Below are positions 48,235 to 58,979 of a DNA stretch of 64,000 bases, in pieces. A model generated the notes under the pieces. It was not told where the DNA came from. It ran no database searches and saw only the letters and a program-made list of their open reading frames with translations. Source of the stretch: Nitrososphaerota archaeon (GTDB lineage Archaea; Thermoproteota; Nitrososphaeria_A; Caldarchaeales; Caldarchaeaceae); the NCBI GenBank assembly GCA_041641305.1, contig JBEPYN010000002.1:512001-576000 (forward strand), written 5' to 3'. Positions within the stretch are counted from its first letter, which is position 1; the number at the start of each line of letters is the position of its first letter. Made by a program: the position numbers and the translations under genes.

Positions 48235-48986
48235 TACGTTCGGAGATTTGTTTCGGCGGGATAAAACCTTAACCTGTCTTTGACGCTGATTGTTCCAGGT
48301 TTGACCACTGTGGCGTAGAGGCCGAACGTTCCGTCGCAGGTTGTTCTCAGTGTTTTGAGCAGCTCGAGTTTTCTGCTCAGGTTTTTCTGTTTGTGGGTGA
48401 TGACTATGCATCGTTTCGTTGGCTTGACTATTTTCAGTAATGCTTCACCGGCTTCGAGGTATCCGCCTACAATTGTTTCATCATCCTGTTCCGATGAGAA
48501 AACGATGTTTGGCCTGAAGCGGGCTGCATCGTCGAGGCTGAGTCCCATTTTCTCAAGGCTTCTTAGATTGATTAGGTGGATGGGCATCGAGTCGTGGAAA
48601 CGTGTTTCACGTGTCTCTCCTGTTTTTTCGAAAACTATGTTCTTCTCGAAATCTATCTCAAGACCTCTAAAGCTCAGCGGTATGCCTGTGTTTTGGACAA
48701 GCCTCACAGGTCGTCCGAGGAAATTTGTCAGCATATCGTCATAGTTGTCATTAACTACGGCATCTGGGAAAATCAGGTTAAGGACCCCATTCGCAAGCCT
48801 GGCCCCTATTGTGAGTAGACGCGGCTCTCCCTTCGCTGATAGAGCAAAGCCTGTGAGGGTGTCCACGACGGCAAATAACCGGTCGCCATCAAACCCGTCA
48901 AAAGAAACATCAACATACTCAAGCTCTTCACCTAACAGAGACTTGACAGGATAACGGAACAGTTTCACAACTCGAAATTCATTCAA
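48234..48986 (-). CDS. MOSC domain protein (TTG start inferred; open frame extends to 49040)
   Basis: RYPVKSL, DRLFA, RFRPNI and RC motifs. Confidence 0.88.
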   Translation of the reverse strand: MNEFRVVKLFRYPVKSLLGEELEYVDVSFDGFDGDRLFAVVDTLTGFALSAKGEPRLLTIGARLANGVLNLIFPDAVVNDNYDDMLTNFLGRPVRLVQNTGIPLSFRGLEIDFEKNIVFEKTGETRETRFHDSMPIHLINLRSLEKMGLSLDDAARFRPNIVFSSEQDDETIVGGYLEAGEALLKIVKPTKRCIVITHKQKNLSRKLELLKTLRTTCDGTFGLYATVVKPGTISVKDRLRFYPAETNLRT

Positions 48987-49045
48987 CCCTCGGCGAGATG
49001 GGGAATAAGCATATAAATATTCTTCACCACCCCTACACATGGAAC

Positions 49046-49120
49046 GCCGGGGTAACTCAGCCTGGCCAGAGTGCGGGGCTCATAATCCCGTTGTCGTGGG
49101 TTCGAATCCCACCCCCGGCA
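49046..49120 (+). tRNA. tRNA-Met(CAT), probably elongator
   Basis: GCCGGGG/CCCCGGC acceptor, CTCATAA loop, GTGGG-TTCGAAT-CCCAC T-arm; upstream TATA near 49010. Confidence 0.93.
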
Positions 49121-49196
49121 TGATGCCATGAAATCTATTGCAGTTTGGTTGCATAATGTGTCAGCAACTCTATCTTTACGCAAGATTTAAAAGGGG

Positions 49197-50882
49197 ATGG
49201 GCGGGGTTGTAGGCATGGTTCGCCGTTTGTATAGTCATGAAGTTACTGAGGGGCCTGAGCGGGCTCCTCACCGTGCTATGCTTAGAGCTGTTGGGCTGAG
49301 AGATGAGGACTTTGGTAAACCTTTCATCGGGGTAGCCAGCACAGGTAACGAGGTGACACCCTGCAACCTTCATCTCACAGACCTCGCGAAAGAGGCGAGG
49401 AGAGGTGTTTGGGAGAATAGCGGAGTGGGAATAGAGTTCACGACTATCGCGATAAGCGATGGAATATCGATGAACACCGAGGGTATGAAGGGCTCGCTTG
49501 TGAGCCGTGAGGTAATCGCTGACTCGATTGAGGTTATGTGTTTTGCGGAGAGGTTTGACGGTTTGGTGGGCATAGCGGGCTGCGACAAAAGCTTGCCAGG
49601 TACCGTGATGGCTATGGCCCGCCTCAACATACCGTCCATCTTCCTCTACGGCGGAACAATCCTCCCCGGAAAATACATGGGGCGGGATGTTACTCTTCAG
49701 GATGTTTACGAAGCGGTCGGCAGCTATAGCACAGGCCAAATGACGCTGCAGCAGTTGATTGAGCTGGAGAAAGTCGCTTGTCCGACGGAGGGCTCCTGCG
49801 CAGGCCTCTACACAGCCAACACCATGGCCTCGGCTATAGAGGCTCTGGGAATGTCTCTCCCCGGCACGGCCTCGATACCTGCCGTCGACCAGAGAATCTA
49901 TGACGCTGCATACAGATCGGGTGCGCAGGTCCTGAAACTCTTGGAAAACGGGATAAAGCCACGCGACATAATGACATACGAGGCCTTTGAGAACGCGATA
50001 ACAGTTGTCTGCGCGATGGGCGGCTCAACAAACTCTGTTCTTCATATACCAGCCATGGCCTATGAGGCTGGTGTAAAACTCGACATCGATGTCTTTGACA
50101 GAATCAGTAGGAGAACACCTCATATCGCCGACATGAGGCCCGGCGGCAGGTTTGTCATGGTTGACTTGGACAGGGTTGGGGGTGTGCCCGTTGTTTTGAA
50201 GAAGCTTCTTAACGCCGGTCTCCTACACGGAGACTGCCTAACAGTTACCGGAAAAACTCTAGCGGAAAACCTTAGAGAAATGAAAATAGGAGACGGCGGA
50301 GAAGTCGTAAGGCCTCTGAACAATCCTATACATCCGACAGGCGGTATAGCGATCCTGAAAGGAAACCTCGCTCCAGAGGGTGCAGTAGTCAAGTCAACAG
50401 CATCGACCGTGCAGTATTTCAAAGGCCCCGCCCGAGTGTTCAACTCCGAGGAAGAAGCCTACAGAGCTCTGCTAAGAAGGGAAATTCAGCCGGGCGAGGT
50501 CATAGTTATCCGTTACGAGGGGCCGAGAGGTGGGCCCGGTATGCGGGAGATGCTTGCTGTCACTGCAATCGTTGTTGGACAGGGCTTGAAGGAAAAAGTG
50601 GCTCTCTTAACTGACGGCCGCTTCTCAGGAGCAACACATGGGCTGATGGTTGGACATGTCTCACCCGAGGCCGCCGTCGGCGGGCCAATAGCCGCCCTCA
50701 AAGACGGCGACATCGTGGAAATCGATGTACCAAACCGCAAGCTATCCGTCGAGCTCTCCGACGAAGAGATAAAGAAGAGGATGGAGAACTGGACGCCGCC
50801 TCCGCCGAAATATACGCGGGGCGTTCTGGCCAAGTACGCCAAGCTGGTGGGCTCTGCGAGCAGAGGAGCCGTATGCGGATAA
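49197..50882 (+). CDS. ilvD: Dihydroxy-acid dehydratase
   Basis: [26 protein letters not shown] and TDGRFSG motifs. Confidence 0.97.
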   Translation: MGGVVGMVRRLYSHEVTEGPERAPHRAMLRAVGLRDEDFGKPFIGVASTGNEVTPCNLHLTDLAKEARRGVWENSGVGIEFTTIAISDGISMNTEGMKGSLVSREVIADSIEVMCFAERFDGLVGIAGCDKSLPGTVMAMARLNIPSIFLYGGTILPGKYMGRDVTLQDVYEAVGSYSTGQMTLQQLIELEKVACPTEGSCAGLYTANTMASAIEALGMSLPGTASIPAVDQRIYDAAYRSGAQVLKLLENGIKPRDIMTYEAFENAITVVCAMGGSTNSVLHIPAMAYEAGVKLDIDVFDRISRRTPHIADMRPGGRFVMVDLDRVGGVPVVLKKLLNAGLLHGDCLTVTGKTLAENLREMKIGDGGEVVRPLNNPIHPTGGIAILKGNLAPEGAVVKSTASTVQYFKGPARVFNSEEEAYRALLRREIQPGEVIVIRYEGPRGGPGMREMLAVTAIVVGQGLKEKVALLTDGRFSGATHGLMVGHVSPEAAVGGPIAALKDGDIVEIDVPNRKLSVELSDEEIKKRMENWTPPPPKYTRGVLAKYAKLVGSASRGAVCG

Positions 50883-50945
50883 CCGTTTAAAACTCTTTAT
50901 AAGAGTATCAGCAGTGTTATCGCGGGTTGATGAGGTGGATGGCCG

Positions 50946-51227
50946 ATGGCTCAACAAAGCTCCGATTGGGAGTCAAAACGGCAGCAGGTTGTTCAGATAC
51001 TGGAGACAATCATAAACGACACGGACACTCCCCGCAACATCCGCAGAATCGCTAAACAGGCCTCCACAGAGCTTTTTAACGAAAAACTCAAGCCAGCAGT
51101 AAGAGCAGCAAACTCAATCGACCTCATCGAGGAAATAATTAACGACCCCAACATGCCATCATTCACGAGAACACAGCTCTGGATGGCGATAAGCATACTC
51201 GAAACAATCCGCTCGTCACAATCCTAG
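50946..51227 (+). CDS. UPF0147 family protein
   Basis: D..PRNIRR..A..DPNMP..RT motif. Confidence 0.9.
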   Translation: MAQQSSDWESKRQQVVQILETIINDTDTPRNIRRIAKQASTELFNEKLKPAVRAANSIDLIEEIINDPNMPSFTRTQLWMAISILETIRSSQS

Positions 51228-51298
51228 TACAGATAAAAAGGTAAAATTCCGCACCACTAAGAAAAAGATAAACAAATACAATCCATAGGTGAAGTTCT

Positions 51299-52681
51299 TT
51301 GAACAATCTGGTAAAGTATGCAGCGATAATTGCGGCGGTCGCAGCCCTAGGCTATTTTATGGGACTAAACACTAGGCAGTTGGCTTCGCTCATAGTTCTC
51401 GGCGGAATGATAGGCGCCACGTTGATGTTTTGGAGGTTTAGGCTTGTCTTCGCATTCTTCGCCCTCACAATAATGCTTGGAACAGACCTGCTTGAGACAG
51501 ATTTGCTCATAGAATTCGCTCACATAGACACCATATTGTTCCTCGCGACGATGATGGTTGTAGTGGGCTATCTCGAGGAAGCCCGGTTCTTCGAAGTACT
51601 GATAGATAAGCTTCTCGCCTTCGTGGGAAACAGACCCAGAACCCTCGTGATTTTCTTTATGGCGATGTCGGCCCTGCTCGCGGCTTTGGTAGATGAGGTC
51701 ACCTCAATCCTCATCATGACAGCTGTCCTCCTCGACTTCACATCCCGCTACAACCTCAACCCAATCAGATTCATACTACTATCCATATTCGCAACCAACA
51801 TAGGGAGCTCGGCAACGGTTGTCGGCAACCCAGTCGGAGTCGTGATAGCTTTCCAAGCTGGACTTGGTTTTCTCGACTTCCTCAGATGGGCTACGCCAAT
51901 CTCCATCGTTTCGCTTGTTCTATGCATGGCGATGGTGTTGATTGTTTTCCGCAAAGACATAGAGCAGCTTAGACAGGCTATGGCATCTATCAAATTGGAG
52001 GCCCCAGCAGCCGAAGTAGCTGATGGGGGACAGCGGGTTGATATCAGGCTGCCTGCCGTGATTTTTCTCGCAACAATCACCGGCTTAATTCTTCACACAC
52101 CTATTGAGCAAGCTTTCGGACTCGGCAAAAACTCGATGCTTCTCGGTGTTCCTTTCCTGTTCTCTGGAATAGTGCTTTTACTTGAACGACAAAGAGCAAG
52201 AGAGCTGGTTGAGCGTAGAATCGACTGGTGGACCCTCCTCTTCTTCATGATTTTCTTCGCGAGTGTTGGTACTCTCAGCCACACTGGCGCGACCGAGGTG
52301 TTCGCAAGCCTCATACTGACCAACGTTGGCGAATCATCTTTCGCGCTAACCATAGTTGTCATGCTTGCCGCGGGGCTGATGTCGGCTTTCATGGACAACG
52401 TCCTCGCCGTGGCAACCTGGATACCTATAATCAAGACGTTAGGCGAGTTAGGGGTGAACGTTTTCCCACTTTGGTGGACCATGCTCTTCGCCGGCACATT
52501 CTGGGGCAACTTAACCGTGGTGGGAAGCACGGCGAACATCGTTGCCGTAGGAATGCTGGAGCGTCGAGAACGTATACACATAACTCTCAGACAGTGGATA
52601 GGAGTCGGCGCGGCAATCACGCTACCTACCATGGCTCTTGCCCTGATACTAATTCTCCTCCAGTTACCTCTGATGACTTAG
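51299..52681 (+). CDS. ArsB/NhaD/SLC13-family ion permease
   Basis: TNIGSSAT.VGNP, SAFMDN and GNLT.VGSTAN motifs. Confidence 0.9.
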   Translation: MNNLVKYAAIIAAVAALGYFMGLNTRQLASLIVLGGMIGATLMFWRFRLVFAFFALTIMLGTDLLETDLLIEFAHIDTILFLATMMVVVGYLEEARFFEVLIDKLLAFVGNRPRTLVIFFMAMSALLAALVDEVTSILIMTAVLLDFTSRYNLNPIRFILLSIFATNIGSSATVVGNPVGVVIAFQAGLGFLDFLRWATPISIVSLVLCMAMVLIVFRKDIEQLRQAMASIKLEAPAAEVADGGQRVDIRLPAVIFLATITGLILHTPIEQAFGLGKNSMLLGVPFLFSGIVLLLERQRARELVERRIDWWTLLFFMIFFASVGTLSHTGATEVFASLILTNVGESSFALTIVVMLAAGLMSAFMDNVLAVATWIPIIKTLGELGVNVFPLWWTMLFAGTFWGNLTVVGSTANIVAVGMLERRERIHITLRQWIGVGAAITLPTMALALILILLQLPLMT

Positions 52682-52923
52682 TCAGTGCTGGGCTTAGCCA
52701 CTATAACAATTTCCTCTTTCTTCTTTGTGACCCAAATCTCGTAGCCATGCTTCAGCAGAGTAGCCAAACAGTCGTGCCACGGAAAATACGCAGGGTCTCT
52801 AACAGTAATCTCGAAACCGCCGTACTCTGTTTTGACGTCACCGGTTTTTCCAACCTGCACCTCCAAACAAGTTTTGAGATCAGCTGCCGGAACCACAGAT
52901 TCTTGGTTCAAACTCCGTATCAT
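52678..52923 (-). CDS. Small hypothetical protein
   Basis: Fills the intergenic gap; ATG start and upstream TATA-like sequence. Confidence 0.6.
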   Translation of the reverse strand: MIRSLNQESVVPAADLKTCLEVQVGKTGDVKTEYGGFEITVRDPAYFPWHDCLATLLKHGYEIWVTKKKEEIVIVAKPSTD

Positions 52924-52993
52924 TGACTTTATAGTCGGTATTTAACCACTACCACTTACTCTTTTATACAACAAAGTCATCATACCGGACAAG

Positions 52994-53824
52994 TTGCCGA
53001 CAACCGTGGCCTTCCAGGGTGAAAAAGGCGCCTACAGCGAAGAAGCCATTCTGCATTTTTTCGGCAGCGAGGTTCAGACGCTGCCCTGCAGAAGCATCCG
53101 CGAGGTTTTCAAGAACTGTGAGGCCAGGGTTGTGGACTATGGCGTGGTCCCGGTGGAGAACAGCATAGAGGGAAGCGTATTCGAGACATATGACATGTTC
53201 CTCAGCTCAAGCGTCAAAGCAGTTGGTGAAATCATTCTCAGGATACGTCACTGCCTAATCGCGTTACCCGATGTCTCGCTCAACGAAGTCGAGACAGTCT
53301 ACTCACATCCACAGGCTCTTGCACAGTGTCGTGGATATCTTCAGTCGCTCGGTGTATCTGTCGAGGTTACATATGATACAGCCGGCAGCGTGAAGATGAT
53401 TAAGGAGAGGGGGTTAAGGAATGCTGCTGCTGTTGCGAGCGAGAGGGCCGCGGAAATCTATGGCATGAAGGTTCTTGCTAAAGGGATAGAGGACTATGGC
53501 CACAACTATACACGTTTCCTCGTAATATCCGTGAAAGAGGCGCTTCATTCCCCCAACAGCAAAACATCCATCATCTTCTCCACAGCCCACAAGCCCGGAG
53601 CGCTCTACAACGCACTCGGAGCATTCGCGAGAAACGGGATAAACCTCACCAAGATAGAGTCACGGCCCACCCGGCAGAGGCCATGGGAGTATTACTTTTT
53701 CGTGGACTTCGAGGGTCATCAAGAAGATGAAAATGTGAAGAAAGCGTTGGCGGAGCTGGTCTCCTACGCATCCTTCATTAAAATCCTCGGCTCTTATCCA
53801 CGCGCGTCCACCGACTTATCCTGA
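52994..53824 (+). CDS. pheA: Prephenate dehydratase
   Basis: QGEKGAYS, PVENS.EG, SHPQALAQC, NYTRF and TKIESRP motifs. Confidence 0.95.
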   Translation: MPTTVAFQGEKGAYSEEAILHFFGSEVQTLPCRSIREVFKNCEARVVDYGVVPVENSIEGSVFETYDMFLSSSVKAVGEIILRIRHCLIALPDVSLNEVETVYSHPQALAQCRGYLQSLGVSVEVTYDTAGSVKMIKERGLRNAAAVASERAAEIYGMKVLAKGIEDYGHNYTRFLVISVKEALHSPNSKTSIIFSTAHKPGALYNALGAFARNGINLTKIESRPTRQRPWEYYFFVDFEGHQEDENVKKALAELVSYASFIKILGSYPRASTDLS

Positions 53825-54706
53825 CCCGATCCTTACGTTACAGAGTTTTTCGAGAACCTCTACCAAGGCTTGTGTACCATTTTCGCCGTGGCCCATTTCA
53901 TCCAGTGTTTTAATCAGCTCGGACACGAGCGCTATGCCTGGTAGGCAGAGGCCGAGGCTTTCGGCTGTTTCTCGGACAAACCGCAGGTCTTTCCTGAGAT
54001 GCTTGACCTTGAAACCCGGTCTCCAGTCTCTCACAACCATTCTTGGCCCGAGGTTGCTTAGCTGCCAGGAGCCGCCCGCCCCAGTTGAGATCACTTCTAT
54101 TACCCGCTTCAAGTCAAGCCCTGCTTTTGCCGCGATCATGAGGGTTTCACATACGCCGAGGAGGTTGAGCGAGACAGCCACCTGATTGCATAGCTTGGTG
54201 AAGCTTCCCGAGCCCGATTCACCCATGTAGTAGATGTTTTTCCCCATGGCTTCGAAGACGGGCCGCATTTTCTCGAAGACCTCGGGTTTGCCCCCCACCA
54301 TTATCGTGAGGGTTCCCTGCTCAGCGGCCATCGTGCTCCCCGAAACAGGTGCGTCAAGCATTTCTCCACCCCTTTCCTCGACACGGCGCATCATCTGCTT
54401 TGAGAAACCTGGAGAAACAGTTGACATATCGACCACGACACAGCCAGGTGCCATGCCTTCCAAAACACCGTTCTGCCCCAGCAGAACCTGCTCAACAGCC
54501 TTCTCATCGGGCAGCATGGTTATGACGCATTCCGAGAGCTTAGCCACCTCCCTCGGTGAACCACATGGAGTGGCTCCGAGAGAGGCCAGCTCATCAACAG
54601 GTACCCTGCTCCTGTTAAACACAGCCAGCTTGAAGCCGTGCCGCAGAAGATTCTTAGCCATCGGCTTCCCCATGAGACCAAGCCCTATGAACCCAACCCG
54701 CTCCAT
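53816..54706 (-). CDS. Beta-hydroxyacid dehydrogenase (2-hydroxy-3-oxopropionate reductase / HIBADH family)
   Basis: GFIGLGLMG, DMST, DAPVSG, KLCNQ and KDL motifs. Confidence 0.92.
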   Translation of the reverse strand: MERVGFIGLGLMGKPMAKNLLRHGFKLAVFNRSRVPVDELASLGATPCGSPREVAKLSECVITMLPDEKAVEQVLLGQNGVLEGMAPGCVVVDMSTVSPGFSKQMMRRVEERGGEMLDAPVSGSTMAAEQGTLTIMVGGKPEVFEKMRPVFEAMGKNIYYMGESGSGSFTKLCNQVAVSLNLLGVCETLMIAAKAGLDLKRVIEVISTGAGGSWQLSNLGPRMVVRDWRPGFKVKHLRKDLRFVRETAESLGLCLPGIALVSELIKTLDEMGHGENGTQALVEVLEKLCNVRIGSG

Positions 54707-54782
54707 GCAAATGCATACCTGAGAGGCGGTATGTAGGTTTTTTACATGGTATTCCACGGAATTTCTTGCGCTGAACAAAGTA

Positions 54783-55478
54783 ATGAAGCAGCGTATACAG
54801 CAGCAGTACCCCCTGCCTGTTAGGGTCGAGGATTTGGCGAGCCTCGTAAGACTGGCTTCTTCTCGGTGGGACTATATGCCGCATCTCATAGCCTTTCAAC
54901 ATCTTCAGCAAACCGTGGTCGCGTATCTTCAGACGATGCCTCTGGGCAAGGTGAGCATACCTATGCTTTTCCACACCGTTGTGCAGGAACCCGTGAAAAA
55001 ATACGTCGTCTACACAGCTTTGGAGAAAGAGGAGACAAGGTTATCAGACCACCCCGAGACAGGGCGTTACGTCTCCTACCCAATAATCCACGTAGACCCT
55101 CCGCCCCGAATCATGGAAAAAGCGATAACCAGCAAACCCGGCAGAAAACTTCGCGGCATCGAAAAAATTAGAGTAAAGGGCCTTGACTCAATTATGCGGC
55201 TGGTTTCGGCGATGACTGACGAGTCGTTCAGCCCACCGGTGTGGTGCTACAGGTCCAAAAACGGCTACAGCCTCTCCGTCCTATACCCCGTCTACGAATA
55301 CTACGACTCGATAGCCCTCCCCTTCCTGTACTATATTGAAATAGCGCAGAAACCGCCAGCGCCTTTCATCGCATACTCGCCCACACTTGAACGAGAGAGC
55401 ATACGCTACACAGACTCCGTCTCCGACACACGCTATTTCTACGGACGGCTGGTGTTCCTCGAAAACTTCATCGTTTAG
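54783..55478 (+). CDS. Hypothetical protein with an internal tandem domain duplication
   Basis: The two halves align (VRVEDLASLVRLAS / IRVKGLDSIMRLVS). Confidence 0.75.
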   Translation: MKQRIQQQYPLPVRVEDLASLVRLASSRWDYMPHLIAFQHLQQTVVAYLQTMPLGKVSIPMLFHTVVQEPVKKYVVYTALEKEETRLSDHPETGRYVSYPIIHVDPPPRIMEKAITSKPGRKLRGIEKIRVKGLDSIMRLVSAMTDESFSPPVWCYRSKNGYSLSVLYPVYEYYDSIALPFLYYIEIAQKPPAPFIAYSPTLERESIRYTDSVSDTRYFYGRLVFLENFIV

Positions 55479-55617
55479 ACTCCCACAGCTCCTTCCTCAG
55501 AAGGTCCCGCACAGCGGTCCTCATAAGAGCGCTACGGCTCGGATAAACACCTTTCTTAATCAACTCATCCATACCATCAATCAGTGCCTCAGGCATCTTC
55601 ACCGAGATCAGCTTCAT
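55468..55617 (-). CDS. Ribbon-helix-helix (CopG/CdrS-like) regulator, 49 aa, absent from the ORF track
   Basis: MKLISVKMPEALIDGMDELIKKGVYPSRSALMRTAVRDLLRKELWESKR. Confidence 0.88.
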   Translation of the reverse strand: MKLISVKMPEALIDGMDELIKKGVYPSRSALMRTAVRDLLRKELWESKR

Positions 55618-55723
55618 ATCGGCAAGCGTATTACCCGGAGGCAGTATATATCTATGACGCGGTTGAGGGTAAGGAAAACTCTATAAAAAACCAGAGGACC
55701 CGCATAGTTAGGGTGAATGTATT

Positions 55724-57379
55724 ATGGCAGCAACAGTTGGAACAGCTACTCAACCTGTTATCATTTTGAAGGAAGGAGCCAAGCGGATGCGTGGAAGAGA
55801 GGTTCAGAGCGCCAACATAATGGTGGCCAAGATAATCGCGGAGACCATGAAGTCTTCGCTGGGGCCCCGTGGCATGGACAAAATGCTCGTCGACAGCTTC
55901 GGAGACATCGTCATCACAAATGACGGCGCAACCATTCTCAAGGAGATGGATGTTGAGCATCCAGTGGCCAAGATGCTGGTGGAGGTTTCCAAGGCGCAGG
56001 ACGAGGAGGTCGGAGACGGAACAACATCAACCGTCGTGCTGGCCGGTGAGTTGTTGACGAAAGCGGAGGAGCTCATTGAGAAGGAGGTTCATCCAACCGT
56101 CATCATCGAGGGCTATCGGAAAGCGGCGGTAAAAGCTCTGGAAATCCTCGACGAAATAGGTGTAAAAGTCGACCCAACCGACAAGGCTCTTCTCAAAAAA
56201 GTGGCCAAGACCTCGATGATCAGCAAGCTGGTGGCCGAGGAGGCGGACTACCTGGCCAACCTTGTTGTGGAGGCTGTGACGAGGATAGCCGAAAAAGTCG
56301 GAGACAAATGGGTTGTGGACCTCGACGACATCAAGCTGGAGAAGAAGGAGGGTCAGTCGCTTCATGAAACGCAGCTCATCGAAGGCGTTGTGTTGGACAA
56401 GGAGGTTGTCCACCCCGACATGCCCAAGCTTGTCCGCAACGCGAAAATCGCCCTCCTCGACGCGGCTCTAGAAATCGAGAAGACAGAGTTCGACGCCAAG
56501 CTGAACATCGAGTCACCTGAGCAGATGCGCGCGTTCATGAAGCAGGAGGAGGACATGCTGCGGCAGATGGTTGAGAAGATAACATCGACGGGGGCCAACG
56601 TGGTGCTGTGCCAGAAAGGTATCGATGATTTGGCGCAGTATTTCCTGGCTAAGAAAGGCGTGCTCGCCGTCAGGAGGATAAAGAAGAGCGACATGGACAA
56701 GCTGGCCAAGGCCACCAAGGGTCGCGTCATCTCCCGTATCGATGACCTTACTCCTGAGGACCTTGGCAAGGCGGCTCTTGTCGAGGAGAGAAGGGTCGGT
56801 GAGGATAAGATGGTTTTCATAGAGGGCTGCGAGAACCCGCGCTCACTAACCATTCTCATACGCGGCGGAACACAGAGGATAGTTGACGAGGCGGAGAGGT
56901 CTCTGAAAGACGCTATCAACGTTGTGAAGGACGTGATTGTCGAAGGCAAGGTGATTTCGGGAGGAGGAGCAGCCGAGCTGGAGACAGCGCTGCGGCTGAG
57001 GGATTACGCCAAAAGCCTACCCGGCAAGGAGCAGCTTGCTGTAAACAAGTTTGCCGAGGCCCTCGAGGCTATACCGTCTCAGCTGGCGGAGAGCTGCGGA
57101 ATGGACCCGATAGAGGCCATTGTCAACCTGACCTCCAAACACAAAGAGGGAAACATCAACTATGGAATCAACGTTTTCAAGTCAGAGCTCGCCGACATGA
57201 AGCAGCTCGAAGTCATAGACCCGCTTCTCGTCAAGAAACAGACCATAAAATCCGCCGTCGAAGCCGCCGCTATGATTCTGAAGATCGACGACATCATAGC
57301 TGCGTCGAGGCTGGAGACACCCGGAGCAGGTAAGAAAGGAGAGAAGGAAGAAGGCGGAGTTGGCGAGTCAGAAGACTGA
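55724..57379 (+). CDS. Thermosome (group II chaperonin) subunit
   Basis: [19 protein letters not shown] and GDGTT motifs. Confidence 0.97.
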   Translation: MAATVGTATQPVIILKEGAKRMRGREVQSANIMVAKIIAETMKSSLGPRGMDKMLVDSFGDIVITNDGATILKEMDVEHPVAKMLVEVSKAQDEEVGDGTTSTVVLAGELLTKAEELIEKEVHPTVIIEGYRKAAVKALEILDEIGVKVDPTDKALLKKVAKTSMISKLVAEEADYLANLVVEAVTRIAEKVGDKWVVDLDDIKLEKKEGQSLHETQLIEGVVLDKEVVHPDMPKLVRNAKIALLDAALEIEKTEFDAKLNIESPEQMRAFMKQEEDMLRQMVEKITSTGANVVLCQKGIDDLAQYFLAKKGVLAVRRIKKSDMDKLAKATKGRVISRIDDLTPEDLGKAALVEERRVGEDKMVFIEGCENPRSLTILIRGGTQRIVDEAERSLKDAINVVKDVIVEGKVISGGGAAELETALRLRDYAKSLPGKEQLAVNKFAEALEAIPSQLAESCGMDPIEAIVNLTSKHKEGNINYGINVFKSELADMKQLEVIDPLLVKKQTIKSAVEAAAMILKIDDIIAASRLETPGAGKKGEKEEGGVGESED

Positions 57380-57617
57380 ACAGAAAACGGCCCAGCTCCG
57401 CCTAACTAAATATGAAAAAGCCCGTATAATAGGCGGCCGGGCCCTTCAACTCTCTCTTGGCGCCTTCCCGCTAGTAGAGGTTTTACCGGGGGATAGCAAC
57501 ATCGACATAGCCAAACGAGAGTTCGAGCGCGGCATCCTCCCTATCATTATTCGGCGCAAAAGAGTCGACGGCAGCTATGTAGATATTCCGCTCAAAGAGT
57601 TGCTGAAGAATGGTTGA
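57360..57617 (+). CDS. rpoK: DNA-directed RNA polymerase subunit Rpo6/K
   Basis: [29 protein letters not shown]. Confidence 0.93.
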   Translation: MASQKTEQKTAQLRLTKYEKARIIGGRALQLSLGAFPLVEVLPGDSNIDIAKREFERGILPIIIRRKRVDGSYVDIPLKELLKNG

Positions 57618-57807
57618 CGTTGATGAACGTGGCTGGAGGGACGCGTTCACACTTCTTGTCGCAGTGGCTTTTCTCCTTTTTGCTCTTGATGTGTTAGCCG
57701 GGTTCCAGCTTACTTTTCAGTTTGTATTATTCGCGGTGTATTTCCCGATTTTTTTCTCAGGGGCCGTTTACCTGTTTAAGCGTTTGAAGAGATTGCGCAA
57801 GTATTAG
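57610..57807 (+). CDS. Small two-TM membrane protein
   Basis: Overlaps the rpoK stop; two hydrophobic helices and a basic tail. Confidence 0.55.
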   Translation: MVDVDERGWRDAFTLLVAVAFLLFALDVLAGFQLTFQFVLFAVYFPIFFSGAVYLFKRLKRLRKY

Positions 57808-57863
57808 CTACAGGATTCTGTGGTAATAATAATGTGGAAATCGACATACAGTGATAAAAGATA

Positions 57864-58979
57864 GTGATTTTTCCTCCTGAACAGATGTTTCGCAGCGGGG
57901 TAAAGGACCTTAGGGGATGGAGTGGAAGAACAGCACGTTTTCACTACAACAGGTCCCGCGAGATAATCAACGAGGTTGTCCACTCTTTCCTTGACTTGTA
58001 TGGCCCCGAAGAGCTTGTCCAAGGATTCGCAGAACCTTTCTTCACAGACTTCGTCATTACAGCAGCGGGCTTAGATGACACATCTGCGGACTCGACACTT
58101 TTTATGGGCTCCGTGTTGAAAGAGGTCATCAGTCCGCGTGATGGAGCCGCTGTGCTGGGCGGCAAGTTTGCCACAAGGTTCAGAATTCCGAATGAATTGC
58201 CCGAGGTAGCGAGGCTCTTCGGGTTTTCCGACACGATGGTCGAGCGTCTTCTATACTGCAGCAGAATGGTGGCCAAAACAGATAGCGTAGCTCTACAAGA
58301 TGGCTTCGACCTCTATTTTCACATGATGATTCTGTCGAGCACCGGTGTTTGGACAGTTATTCAACAGAGCATCAACCCCTACACTTTTGCTGTCCGACGC
58401 TATCACTGGTTTTCAGGCCGTGTCAAAAGTTTTGTCGACGAGCCTCACACCGGTATAATTTGCGACGAGATAAGGCAGCGTGTTCTAGACATGACCGCCA
58501 AAGCCAGCAGCGAATCACGGCAAGCATCACTTGAAATTCTTGAGAGAGATGCGGCTAAACTTCAGCGGCTCCACATGTTCGGCCGTCTCACAAACCAGAC
58601 AACCCTAGACGACGAGGGGAAAAGTGTGGCAGATTTCCTGAAGCCGATGGAGAAGATAAACTGGGCGCTTGTCTACAAGCTGGGGGAGCAGCGGCCCGAA
58701 TCATACGAGGAGCTGCTGGCAGTGAAGCAGGTTGGCCGCGGTATTGTCAGGCTGCTCGCCTTCGGAGTCTACATGATGTATGGAGTGAAGCCCAGCCTAC
58801 GTGACCCAGCCTACCCAGCTTCACAGTATACCGCAAAATATGAAGAGTCGTATTTTCTGTGGCGTCTGCAGCAGCTGGTTGACGCGATAAAGTCGTCGAC
58901 GTTGGCGCCTGAGTTGAAGCGCTACTCTCTTCACAGACTTGGTGAGGTTTTCGGCGAGGGCGAACCTGTCTCGGCTTAA
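57864..58979 (+). CDS. DUF763 family protein (divergent)
   Basis: YGPEE, GGK, ALQDGF.LY.H, W.V.QQ..N and RRYHW motifs. Confidence 0.8.
   Translation: MIFPPEQMFRSGVKDLRGWSGRTARFHYNRSREIINEVVHSFLDLYGPEELVQGFAEPFFTDFVITAAGLDDTSADSTLFMGSVLKEVISPRDGAAVLGGKFATRFRIPNELPEVARLFGFSDTMVERLLYCSRMVAKTDSVALQDGFDLYFHMMILSSTGVWTVIQQSINPYTFAVRRYHWFSGRVKSFVDEPHTGIICDEIRQRVLDMTAKASSESRQASLEILERDAAKLQRLHMFGRLTNQTTLDDEGKSVADFLKPMEKINWALVYKLGEQRPESYEELLAVKQVGRGIVRLLAFGVYMMYGVKPSLRDPAYPASQYTAKYEESYFLWRLQQLVDAIKSSTLAPELKRYSLHRLGEVFGEGEPVSA

Noticed and set aside
53816-54706. Assignment as 2-(hydroxymethyl)glutarate dehydrogenase of the nicotinate route
   Set aside because: Same family, but ~18 kb from the cluster, and the family is widespread.
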